NCBI RefSeq assembly: GCF_964194155.1
Contig: NC_135901.1
Location: 2,232,001-2,296,000 of the forward strand
DNA: 64,000 nucleotides
From: Cetorhinus maximus
Taxonomy: Eukaryota
Reading direction: 5' to 3'
A program made the position numbers and the translations under genes. Below are positions 39,890 to 52,127 of the stretch, one piece after another (within the stretch, counting starts at the first letter, position 1; the number at the start of each line of letters is the position of its first letter). A model generated the notes under the pieces. It had not been told where the DNA came from, made no database searches, and was given only the letters and a program-made list of their open reading frames with translations.

Positions 39890-41100
39890 AATAGACCATA
39901 GGGTCCCTCGAGCCTGCTCCATCATCGGAAATGATCATAGCTGATCTTCAGCTTCAATTCCACTTTCCCACCTGTTCCCCATATCCGTCGATTCACTGAG
40001 AGACCAAAGATTTGTCTATCTCAGCCTTAAATGAATCCAACAATAGACCATGCACAATCCTCTGGAGTAGAGAATTCCAAATATTCACAACAACATGAGT
40101 GAATAAATTTTTCCTCATCTCAGTCCTAAATGATCGGCTCCTTGTCTTGAGACTGTGCCCCATCTTTTTGTTTCTTCAGCCGGAAAGACAACTTCTCCAT
40201 GTCTACCCTATCAAGCTCCTTAGAATCTGAAATGTTTCAATGAGATCACCTCTCACCTTTTAAACTCCTGAGATTATAGACCCAATTTACTCAGCCACTA
40301 ATCATCAGACAACCATTTCACCCCAGGGACCAACGTAGTGAACCTTCACTGTACTACCTCCAATGCAAGTATATCCTTCTTTAAATATGGAAACCAAAAC
40401 TGTATACAGGGTTGCAGTTGTGGTCTCAGAAAATCCTTGTATAATTGTAGCAAGACAACTTCATTCTTCTACTCCAATCCGCTTACATTAAAGGCCAATT
40501 ATGGATGATAAAAAGTAATAAAGGCCAATGAAACAACAAAGGACAATGGACATATTCTTCCTGGAGAGAGAATGAATGAGAGTATAATATTGGAGAGAGT
40601 AAGAGGCTGTCCGATCTGCTGAGTTTTTGTATCAAATTTCTAGCATCTGCAGTATTTTGCTTTTGTAAAAATATTTTGTATCTGTCTTTACCAAGGAAGA
40701 AGATGCCATATGGCCACGGTGAAAGAGGAGGTAATTAAAACACTAAAAGTATTTAAAATTGATAAGAAGGAGTTATTAGATAGACCAGTCTATACTTAAA
40801 GTTAATAAAGCGCCAGGACTGGATGAGTTGCATCCAAGGATAATGAGGGAAGTGAGAGTGGAAATTGCAGAGGCACTGGCCATAATTTTCCAATTTCACT
40901 TAGACTCAGAGGTGGTTCCAGAGGACTGGAGGATTGCAAACGTTATAACTTTGTTGAAAAAAAGTAAAGATAAGCCCAATAACTACAGGCCAGTCAGTTT
41001 AACTTCCGTGGTGGGGAAAATTCTAGAAGCAAGGATTCGGGATAAAATTAATAATCACATCGATAAATGTGGGTTAATTGAGGACAACCAGCACGAATTT
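39890..41100. mobile_element. CR1 fragments (3' piece on minus, ORF2 piece on plus)
   Basis: HPRIMREV..VPEDWRIANV..NYRPVSLTSVVGK on plus; CR1 tail on minus at 39890-40500. Confidence 0.75.
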
Positions 41101-41169
41101 AATCTTATTTATTGGCCATCCGACCCCAGTGTGAAAGTAAAGAAAAACCTGTTCATAATAGGGGTTCTC

Positions 41170-41490
41170 TATGGCAGCATTTTTACCCAGCATCCCCCGC
41201 GGTGGAGAATGTCCCTTGTCCATTACCACAGGGGGAGCAGTGCGCAGGCGCAGTGCTGCCCAGTGTTGGGAGCATGCGCAGTGTCAGATGACCAGGGACA
41301 GACGCTTCTCTCCCGGATCCACAATGGATGGCGGGGCGGAAAGAGCGATGGATCCGGCGGGTGGACGGAGAGGCTCCGGAAACGTGCTGTGAAAACTGCA
41401 AACCCCAAATGAGAAACTACCGGTTTTCCGTTTGCACAGAGTGGAGCCGAGAGGAAATGTCCCGGTGACAAACCCGGAGCAGGAGGAGAG
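41170..41490 (+). promoter_or_regulatory. CpG-rich promoter of the 13-finger gene at 42416
   Basis: tgcgcaggcgca and gcatgcgca (NRF1-like), tacccagcatcccccgcg (ZNF143-like), ggggcgga, ccggaa. Confidence 0.65.
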
Positions 41491-42415
41491 AATGTTGTGC
41501 ATTTCTATCCTGGACTGACAGGGATGGATTTTGGAAACTCCTTTTACAGGGGTTTAGAAGAGGAGGATTTACACACAGCAAACTCAAACCGAGAGAAATG
41601 TGTGTCTCTTCTCAATTTCTATCCTGAGCCAACTGATGAATTTTGTAAACCAAAAAAAAAATTACAGGTGTTGGGAAAGTTTGGGTTGGGGCATTTTTTC
41701 TTTAGAAAAAGGGAGAGGGAGGAACTGATAGAGGGCTTTACAATGATCAATGGGTTGGACGGGGTAGATATGGAGAGAATGTTTCCACTTGAAATGTCTT
41801 CACTCAGAGAGTGGTGAGAATATGGAACTCACAGGAAACCATTGAGGGAGAAAAATTGTGATAGTTTCAACAGGAGACTAGATGAGTACATGGAAGAAAA
41901 GGGATTAGAAAGATAAGCTGAAAGGCTGAGATGATTTGCATGAAATGGGGGGAGAAGCATAAAACTAGCAGAACAGTTGGACAGAATGGCCTGTTTGTCT
42001 GTTGCATATTTTGAGTATTTCAATTTAAACTTCATTTACAGGGTATTCGGAGGGTTGGATTTGCAGATGGGAAATTCAAACCAAACATCACATCAAGATC
42101 TGACAGAGTCACTTGATTCATTAGGATCCGAATATCATTGGCCTTTGAATGTGCAAGGAGAAATGTTTGGCTGTTCTATCTGTGGGAAAATGTTTCAAAC
42201 ATCAGTGTGACTGGAAAAGCACGAAGACAGACACACACACCCCGAGTGAGAGTTTTCCAGTGAACTGACTGTGGAAAGAGCTTTAACCAGTTACACAGCC
42301 TGAAAAAACATCATACTGTTCACAGCGGGAAGGGACTGTACACGTGTTGTGTGTGGGTGTGGGGCTGGGCTTCAACTGGTCGTCCAACCTGGAGAGACAC
42401 AAGGACACCCGCACT

Positions 42416-43564
42416 ATGGGGAAACCATGGAAATGTGGGGACTGTGGGAAGGGTTTCAATTCCCCATCTGAGGTGGAAACTCATCGACGCAGTCACACTG
42501 GGGAGAGACCGTTCACTTGCTCCGTGTGTGGGAAGGGATTCACTCAGTCATCCAGTCTCTACACACACCAGCATGTTCATACTGGCAAGAGGCCATTCAC
42601 CTGCCTTGAATGTGGAAAGAGATTTAATGCTTTGTCAAACCTCCGGACTCACCATCGTGCTCACTCTGATGAGAGACCGTTTAAATGTTCTGACTGTGAG
42701 AAGAGCTTTAAAAGCAGAAAGGATCTACTGACACACCAACGCACTCACACTGGGGAGAGGCCATTCACCTGCAATGTGTGTGGGAAGGGATTCACTCAGT
42801 CATCCCACCTCCTGACACACCAACTTGTGCACACTGATAAGAGACCTTTTAAATGTTCTGACTGTGAGAAGAGCTTTAAAAGTAAAAAGGATTTACTGAA
42901 CCATGAACACATTCACACTGGGGAGAGGCCATTCACCTGCTCCGTGTGTGGGAAGAGATTCACTTCTTCATCCCACCTTCTGACACACCAATTTGTTCAC
43001 ACTGAGCAGAGACCTTTTAATTGTCCTGACTGTGAGAAAAAATTTAAAAGCAAAAAGGATCTTCTGAAACACCAACACACTCACACTGGGGAGAGGCCAT
43101 TCATCTGCTCTATCTGTGGGAAGGGATTCACCCGGTTAGCCCACCTGCTGAGACACCATCGAGTTCACACTGGGGAGAGGCCATTCACCTGCAATAAATG
43201 TGGGCAGGAATTCATTGATTCATCTGACCTTCTGATACACCAGCGAGTTCACACTGGGGAGAGACCATATACTTGCCTTGAGTGTGGCAAAAGATTCACT
43301 CAGTCATCTCATCTCACTACACATCAACTTGTTCACACTGATCAGAGACCTTTTAAATGTTCTGACTGTGAGAAGAGATTTAAAAGTAAACAGAATCTGC
43401 TGACACACCAGCGAGTTCATACTGGGGAGAGGCCGTTCACCTGCTCCGTGTGTGGGAAGAGATTCGTTCAGTCAAACAACCTGCTGAGACACCAGCAAGT
43501 TCATATGCGACAGCGGGGGTTGGATTCTGATGTAATTGCTACTTTTATTCACATGCAGGACTGA
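42416..43564 (+). CDS. C2H2 zinc-finger protein, 13 fingers, 382 aa
   Basis: [10 protein letters not shown]... intact frame with a short C-terminal extension. Confidence 0.88.
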   Translation: MGKPWKCGDCGKGFNSPSEVETHRRSHTGERPFTCSVCGKGFTQSSSLYTHQHVHTGKRPFTCLECGKRFNALSNLRTHHRAHSDERPFKCSDCEKSFKSRKDLLTHQRTHTGERPFTCNVCGKGFTQSSHLLTHQLVHTDKRPFKCSDCEKSFKSKKDLLNHEHIHTGERPFTCSVCGKRFTSSSHLLTHQFVHTEQRPFNCPDCEKKFKSKKDLLKHQHTHTGERPFICSICGKGFTRLAHLLRHHRVHTGERPFTCNKCGQEFIDSSDLLIHQRVHTGERPYTCLECGKRFTQSSHLTTHQLVHTDQRPFKCSDCEKRFKSKQNLLTHQRVHTGERPFTCSVCGKRFVQSNNLLRHQQVHMRQRGLDSDVIATFIHMQD

Positions 43565-43589
43565 ATCATGTCTGGACGCCTGTTTTCAG

Positions 43590-46500
43590 TTTTCAGTGGG
43601 GTTCCACAATTTGTAGCTTATATCAATGATTTAGACTTAAATGTAGGGGCAATGAGCAAGAAGATTGCAGATGATGTCAACATTGCTGGTGTGGTTGACA
43701 ATGAGGAAGAAAGCTGTGGACTGCAGGAAAACATCAATGGACTGGTCAGATGAGCAGAGCAGAAAATTGGTAAATGTAAATCAATCTGGAGCAGTGTGTG
43801 ATAATGAAATTGGGGAGGGCAAACAAGAGAAGGGAATGAAAATAAAAGGGATGACGCTGAGAACTACAGAGGAACAGAGAGACCTCGGAGTGCACATCCA
43901 CATATCCCTGAATGTGGCTGGACAGGTAGATCAGGTGGTCAGGAAGGCATTTGGGACACTTTCTTGCCTGAGGACTAAAATATAAGAGCAGGGAGATTAT
44001 GTTAGAATTGTGTAAAACACTAGTTAGAGCACAGCTAGAGTACTGAGTATGGCCCTGGTCACTGTATTAATCAACTATAAAGTAATCAATTAGCCTAAAA
44101 CTAAAGACGAATTGATAATTTATCATAAAATTGCAGTCAGTATTCAATTAATCAAATCTAGGGGATAATGATAAAGCTAACTAACAATGGGTTGAAACAG
44201 TGAAGAAGTCTGATTTTTTCAGTAAATTAAACTCTGAGGTGTTTAGATAATAAGGGTTAAGAAAAACATTTTTGTTAATTCCCTGTAAAAAAAATAAGGT
44301 GACTTCAGCATAATGGAAGAAGCTGATTGGTGGGTAGCTGATGGATCTTTATTTATTTTAATGATTAGCTTATTTTGTTTAAATGAGTTAATAATCAGAT
44401 AAATAAAGGCATGGCAGGGTATCAAATTCCTGAAGAATGCGCATCCAGTTCCATGTGGGAAAACCAGGATGCTTCTCTGTGCTGGACAATCACAAGTGCA
44501 GGAAGTGTCATCAGCTGGAGCAGCAGGAGGCAAAGGGGAATGGTCAAGAGGTGGTTTTGGGATCACAAGGCTGTTTCCAATGGAGTTCTGGATGGCTCAG
44601 CACAGGATTCCATGCTTCTGTGGTATATATCACTGATTTAGACTTTAACATGGGGACATGATTAAGACATTTTCAACCTTGTCATTAACAGTGAGGAAGA
44701 AAGCTGTAGACTGTAGGAAGGTGTCAATAGAATGATCAGGTGGGCAGAAAAGTAGCAAATGGAGATCATCCTCGAGAAGTGTAAGGTAATAAATACATTT
44801 GGGGAGGGCAAACATGGCAAAGGGAAAGAATATTACTGGTATGATGGTGAGAAGTGTAGGTGAACAGAGGGACATTGGAGTGCATGTCCACAGATCCCTG
44901 AAGGGGACAGGCGAGGTAGATAAGGTGATTAAAAAGGCAGACAGGATACTTTCTGTTATTAACTGAGACATAGAATACAAGAACAGGGAATATTTCTAGC
45001 ATTTTCGGTTGATGAAAGATCACAGACCTGAAACTCTTCTCTCTCCATAGATGCTGCCAGAGCTGCTGAGTATTTCCAGTATTTTCTGTTTTTATTATAT
45101 GATCAGGGAGGTTATACTAGAGCTGAATAAACAATTAGTTGGACCACAGCTGGACTACTGAGTACAGTTCTGGTCAGTGCATTACAGGAAGGATGTGTTC
45201 ACACCAGAGAGGGTACAGAGGAGATTTATGAGGATATTGACAGGAATGACAAATTTTAACGATAAGGAAAAATTGGACAGGCTGGGGTTGTTTTCTTTGG
45301 AATAGAGGAGGCTGAGGGGAGATTTAACTGAGGTGTATAAAATTATGAGGGGCATAGATAGAGTGGATAGGAAGGACTTATTTCTGTTAACAGAGATGTC
45401 AATGACTAGAGGGCTTAGATTTAAACTAATTAGCAGATGGTAACCCCCAGGATGTTGATAGTGGGGGATACAGCGATGGGCGATGGTTGGATTCTCTATT
45501 TTTGGAGATGGTCATTGCCTGACACTTGTGTGTCGTGAATGTTACTTGCCATTTGTCAGCCAAAACCTGGATATTGTCCAGGTCTTGCTGCATTTGGACA
45601 TGGACTGTTTCAGTATCTGAGGAGTCACGAGTGGTGCTGAACATTGTGAATTGTCCTGATGAGTGCAAGACAAAAAGCTTAGTCATGTCTCTTTTTTCAG
45701 CAATCTCCTGTAATGTGGCTGGTGTTTACTATTTCAATACATCAGATAAATCAGCTTTGTTTCAAATATACAGCGTGTCGTGTGTTTGGTCTCTTTGAGC
45801 TATCACGAGCGTATTCCCTTAAATCCACTCAGGAAATGTCTTTAACAGGAAACCAACAATTAAACACATCACATCAAATAAGTGGCAAAAATCCATCAGG
45901 AAGATGAGGAACTATTTTTTACTCAATAAGTTATGACCTGAGACGTTCTGCCTGAAAGGGGATAGGAGCAGATTCAATAACAACTTTCCAAAGTGAGTTG
46001 GATCTCCAGTTAAAAGGTAAAGTCTGCAGGGCTCTGGGGAAAGGGCAGGGGAGTGTGGGCTAATCGGCAGCTCTTTCAAAGGTGATCACAACCCTATAAG
46101 GCAGCTCTATGTCGACAGGAGAAAGGCTGGTGTTCAACTCCCCGAGAATAACAAGGAAGTTATGAGAAATCAGAATAAAACACTGGTTCAACCTCAACTG
46201 GAGTATTGTGTCCAATTCTGGATACCACACTTTAGGAAGGATGTGAAGGTATTGAAGAGGATGCAAAACAGATTATTGAGAATGGTTCCAGGGATGAGAA
46301 ACTGCAGCTATGAGGATAGATTGGTAAAGATGGGGCTGATCTGTTTAGAGAAAAGAATATTAAGAGGAGATTTGATAGAAATGCTCAAAATCATGAGGTA
46401 TCTGGACAGAGTAGATCGGGAGAAACAATTCCTAGTGGCAGAAGGGCTGAGGACCAGGGGACATGGGTTAAAGGTGAATTGAAAAAGAAACAATGGTGAC

Positions 46501-48895
46501 ATGAGGAAAACCCTGTTTATGCAGTGAATGGTCAGAATCTGGACCTGCACTGACTGAGAGAGTGGTGGAGGAAGGTTCAATCATGCCTTTCAAAACAGAA
46601 TTGGATAATTATCTGAACAGAAAAAATGTGCAGGGCCGGGGAGTGGGACTGGCTGAGTAGCTCTTTCGGAAAGCTGGCATGGGCATGGACATGATGGGCT
46701 GAATGACCTCCTTCTATGCTGTAACCATTCTATGATTCTAATGAAGGCTGTGGGGAAAGGGCAGGGGAGTGGGACTCATTGGCAGCTCCTTCAAAGGTGG
46801 TCCCAGCCCTACAATGCAGCTCCATATTGAAAGGAGGCAGTCTGATGTCCAACTCTCCAAGAATAAAGAAAGATCTCAACTCTTAGCAGGATTAGGCAAT
46901 TCAGTCTCTCGAGCCTGCCCCACCATTCAATACGATCATAATTGATCTCATTTCGGCCTGAACTCCAATTTCCCGCCCTCCCCCCCTAACCTTTCAACCC
47001 TTTACTAATTAAAAATCTGTCTATCTCCTCCTTAAATTTATTCAGTGTCCCGGCATCCCCTGCACTCTGAGGTAGTGAATTCCACAGATTCACGACCCTT
47101 TGAGAAAAGTAATTCCTCCTCATCTCTGATTTAAATCTACCACCCTTTAGCCTAAAACTATGGCCTCTTGTTCTACAATGCCCCACAAGGGGAAACATCT
47201 GCTCATGTCTACTTTGTCTATCCCCTTTAGCATCTTATATACCCCAATTAGATCTCCTCTCATCCTTCTACACTCTAGCGAGTATAGGCCTAAACTGCTC
47301 AATCTCTCCTCATAAGACAAGCCCCGCATCTCTGGAATCAATCTAGTGAACCTCCTCTGACCTGCCTCCAATGCAACAACATCCTTCCGCAAGTAAGGGG
47401 ACCAAAATTGTGCACAATACTCCAGGTGCGGTCTCACCAATGCCTTGTACAGTTGCAACAATACTTCCCTATTTTTATACTCTATTCCTTTAGCAATAAA
47501 TGCCAAAATTCCATTTGTCTTCCTTATTACCTGCTGTACCTGCATACTAGCTTTCAACGATTCATGCACGAGGACACCCAGATCCCTCTGCACTGAAGCA
47601 TTCTGAAGTTTCTCTCCACTTAAATAATAAGTCGACTTTTTATTCTTCTGACCAAAGTGGATAACCTCACACTTATCCACATTCAACTCCATCTGCCAAA
47701 TTTTGGCCCATTCACCTAACCTGTCCATATCCATTTGTAAATTTTTTATTTCTTCATTGCAACTTACTTTCCCACCTATTTTTGGTGTCATCTGCAAAGT
47801 TAGCTATTGTACCTTCTATCCCTGAATCCAAGTCATTAATATAGATTGTAAATAGTTGGGGCCCAAGGACTGAACCCTGTGGCACCCTACTAGTTACAGC
47901 TTGCCATCCAAGGAGCCCTTCAATTCTCTGTGAATGTCTTTCAAATGCTGACAGATTCCTTCCTTCTTTTGAAATTTCATTTCCTTATGCCTGGGATGCA
48001 GACAGTGCTGGACACAGAGGGAGCAGCAAACCTGGTTCAGAGTGGACACGCTGGGTATATCCCTCCTTAAGTAAGGAGACCAAAACTGTACACAGTACTC
48101 TAGGTGTGGTTTCACCAATGCCCAGTACAGCTGTAGCAAAACTTCCCTACTTTTATACTCCAACCCTCTTGCAATAAATGCCAACATTCCAGTTACCTTC
48201 CTAATTTCTTGCTGTACCTGCATGCTAACTTTTTGAGATTTATGTGCCAGGACCCCAAGGTCCCTCTGTACTACAGCATTCTGCAGTCTCTCTCTACTTA
48301 AATAATTTCTGATTTTCTATTCTTCTTGTCAAAGTGAAAACCCTCACATTTTCCCAAATAATGCACCATCTGCAAGTGTTTTCCCATTCACTTAATCTAG
48401 CTCTTTGTTTCCTCACAATTTGATTTCCTACCCATTGTCAGCAAATGTGGCTGCAATACACTCGGCCCATTCAACCACGTCATTAGTATAGGTTGTAAAT
48501 GGTTGAGGTGACAGCACTGATCCCATAAGACCATAAGACATAGGAGTAGAAATTAGGCCATTCGGCCCATCGAGTCTGTTCCGCCATTCAATCATGGCTG
48601 TTAAGTTTCTCAACCCCATTCTCCTGCCTTCACCCCATAACCTTTGATCCCCTTACCAACCAAGAACCTATCTATCTTGGTCTTAAATACACTCAATGAC
48701 CTGGCCTCCACAGCCTTCTGTGGCAATGAATTCCATAGATTCACCACTCTCTGGCTAAAGAAGTTTCTCCTCATCTCTGTTCTAAAAGGTCTTCCCTTTA
48801 CTCTGAGGCTGTGCCCTCGTGTCCTAGTCTCTCCTACTAATGGAAACATCTTCCCCACGTCCACTCTATCCAGGCCTTTCAGTATTCTGTAAGTT
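43590..48895. mobile_element. Stack of nested CR1/LINE fragments on both strands
   Basis: Repeated LEYCVQFW, QRDLGV and NFFSQRVVNLWNSLP motifs (for example 46162-46482 +, 46885-47897 -, 48525-48895 -). Confidence 0.8.
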
Positions 48896-49664
48896 TCTGT
48901 ACAGTTCTGTTGAAGGGTCATGAGGACTCAAAACGTCAACTGTACTCTTCTCTGCCGATGCTGCCAGACCTGCTGAGTTTTTCCAGGTATTTATGTTTCT
49001 GTTTTTGTTTTGAATTTCCAGCATCCACAGTTTTTTGTTTTTATCTCTATGTATTTAATATCTTGTTAAATTAATAAACATTTATGTTAGTTTAGATAAA
49101 AAAAAAACCTTTTGAGACTGTGGTTTTATTTCTGAATTCAGAGCTGCATCTCAAAACATACCAATTGAAAATATAGGTTATGACATTTGTTCAAGTTTCT
49201 ATCTGGGATTTAAACAACTCAGCCTTTACCAACTGCTGTGTCATAACATCGCTGCAGTACTACATTACACGACTAGAAATAATAATAAATGTACTTTATT
49301 ACAGAAGCATAAATAATATATCTAATTTGTACAATATTACACCACTAGACATATCTATGTTGTTACAATCCCCTTAAAAGAAACAAATTCCCAGACAATC
49401 CTCAACGGAATAAATCGAAGGACAAGGTTAACTTTTAAAACTTATTCTGTAACAATCAAACTAAAATCAACAAAAATGAAGCATGCATTAAAAGACAAAT
49501 ATTATTTGAATAGACAGGATAAATTTGACTTTAAACAGTTTATACAATAAAAAACAGGCTCCACAAAATCACCAGCATTTCCCCCCTCAGCATATTTGGC
49601 ACTAATTCCAGTTACATAGTTCCACAACTCTCTGTACTTCCCAGGGGAGGGAAAGAAAGTGTTT

Positions 49665-50295
49665 TATTCACAGATGTTGGACAGAGGAGGAAGGTTAAGT
49701 GTCTGTATGAAGTTAATAACAAACGCTGTGCTGTTTAAAACCAAACTCTGGAGAAGATGAGGGGAAGATATATAGTAAACTCCCCTCTCCCACTCCCTCA
49801 GCTGGCAGCCCAGCGCGCAGGCGCAGAAAGCGCTGCTGACCGTGTTGTCCGGAGCAGGCGCAGTGCGGCTGCCACGAGCAGCCGCTCTCAGTAGCTTTTT
49901 GTTTTTATCTTTCCACCGATGCTGCCAGACCTGCTGAGTTTTTCCAGGTAATTCTGTTTCTGTTCTCGATCTCCTTTTGGGCCGCCGTAGACAGCAGCCA
50001 CGGCCGTGGGGGTTCGCTCCGCGGCTTCTCGCTCTGGCCGGAGCCGCCAGCCGGTTGCCTGGAAACCTTGGCTCGAGAAGGTGCAGGAGGAAGGGGAACA
50101 ATGGGTGGGGGTGGGGCTCTCGTGTCCGCGCGCCTGGCCTGCCCTGCCGCCTGGAACCCCAGCACGTCACCGCGGAGCAGAGTGATTACAAATTGGCTGA
50201 TTCAGGCAGGGTTCCATTGTGGACATCACAATGCGGAAGTTGGACAATGAGCTTCAGACTGAAACTTCCTCCTCTGGGCAACATCTGTGAGGAAA
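49665..50295. promoter_or_regulatory. Bidirectional CpG-island promoter, type-2 copy 3 (left gene missing)
   Basis: Paralog of the 12.8 kb and 21.3 kb promoters, with a ~75-bp Penelope-derived insert at about 49889-49963. Confidence 0.75.
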
Positions 50296-50489
50296 TCAGT
50301 GTTTCTCCCTTTCTATTTCTAATCTAATTCTGGTCTTAAATTGTTGACTTGCAGGAACTGAAGGAAATGAAGTTAATCCCAGGAGGGTGCAGACTCTGGA
50401 AAGGTTGCCCCAGTTCTCTCAGTGAAAGGGGTGGTTTGCCCAGTAGTTGGCTGGTATTTAATGAGACAGTACAGTAATATAGACATTGA

Positions 50490-50915
50490 GTATTGCTGTA
50501 AAAAGAGAGATTCTGTCGAAGCTTTTCATTTGCACGCATCAAAATAGATGTGAGAATGTCAAATTTCAAAGGGAACAATAATTCATATTGTAAAACAGTG
50601 AGCTGATTGTTTTGCAAGTGTACTCAGGTCAAGTTGTTGCTTTGGGGTATGCACCAGGGAACAATCATGGCTAGCTTTTATTTAAATTCAGAAAATCCGA
50701 ATCAAATCCAGTTGGTTGAGAGATGTCACTGGGGGAAATGACAAGGAATAGTTGTCCATGTAGCTTTTGTTCAATTGAAAAGGCACAATGCCTAGACAAA
50801 TTTTCCCCGCTGAGGTCCAGGCCCAATAAAAGATTATCAGTTGGGCTCACAATGTGGCTCACTTACACTTGCTAGAAGCTCCATTTATCCCTATTCCAGG
50901 TCCGGTCCACTGCAC
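50490..50915 (-). mobile_element. Penelope-like 3' fragment in a ZNF intron
   Basis: Reverse-complement similarity to 8880-9260. Confidence 0.6.
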
Positions 50916-52127
50916 ATAAAGAAATTTTTTTGGAAGTCTTACTATAGTTGCACAGGGCATTGTTGAGGCCACACGTTGAGTATTCTGCACAGTTTTGGAT
51001 TCCTTCCTTAAGGAGGGATATACTGGCTTGGAAGCCATTTGTAGAAGGTTCACTAGGCTGATTCCTGGGATGAAAGATTGTCATCTGAGAAATGCTGAGC
51101 AGGTTGAGCCTTAACTCATTGGAGTTTAGAAGAATGAGAGGTGATCTTTTTGAAACAAATGGCATTCTGAGGAAGCTGGACAGAGTAGGTGCTGGGAGAA
51201 TGTTCCCTCTCATGGGGAAATCTAGAACAAGGGGACACAGTTTAAAAAAGGGGTCTCCTATTTAAGATGGAGATGGGGAGGAATTTATTCTCTCAGAGGA
51301 GCGTTAGCCTTTGGAATTCTCTTCCACAGAGAGCAGTGGAGGCCGGGTCATTGAATATATTCAAGGCCGAGTTAGACAGATTTTTGATCAACAAGAGAGT
51401 CAATGATTATGGTGGACAGGCAGGAAAGTGCAGTTAAGGCCACATCAGATCAAACATGATCTTATTGAATGGCGGAGCAGGCTTGATGGTATGAATGGCC
51501 TACTGCTGTTCCCATTTCTTATAATCTCCGTTTCCAGGACAGGAAGCGGTGAACATGAATCTGTCGATCAGCTTGAATCGGCACCTTTAGGAAAATTGGG
51601 AGGGTGTATAGTTGGTACAGCAGAATGAGGATGTAGGGAAAGTGTGCGGGATGGAGATTCAGAGATTTTGGGGAATGAAAGAGGAAAGAATGTTCCATCA
51701 AAATTACAATTGTTTGTTCTGAATTTCTCCTCTGTACTGACAGCAATGACTTTTGTAAACTCCTTTTACAGGACATTAGAGGGGGAGGATTTGCAAATTG
51801 AAATCTCAAACTAAACGTCACGTCAACAGTCACTCGGTTCATCACGATGTGAGTATCATCGGCCTTTGAATCTAGAAGGAGAACTGTTTGTCTGTTTTGT
51901 CTGCTTCAAAAGGTTTTTAACATCAGTGTGACTGGAAAAGCACCGAGACACACAGGCCCGAGTGAGAGTGTTCCAGTGCATTGACTGTGGAGAAAGCTTT
52001 AACAGGTTACACAGCTTGACAAAAACATGAGACCATTAACAGCAGGGAGAGACTGTACACGTGTTCTGTTTGTAGAAGTGTTTTCAACTGATTGTTGAAA
52101 CTGGAGAGACACAAGGACACCCACACA

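Noticed and set aside
42200-42230. Selenocysteine decoding of the conserved TGA
   Set aside because: The TGA is at a helix position rather than a Cys position, downstream frameshifts occur, and no SECIS was recognised. CGA-to-TGA decay is simpler.
46025-46870. ~130-bp diverged direct repeat around a CR1 piece as an LTR pair
   Set aside because: It begins in CR1 tail sequence and has no TG..CA ends or PBS; likely a local duplication.
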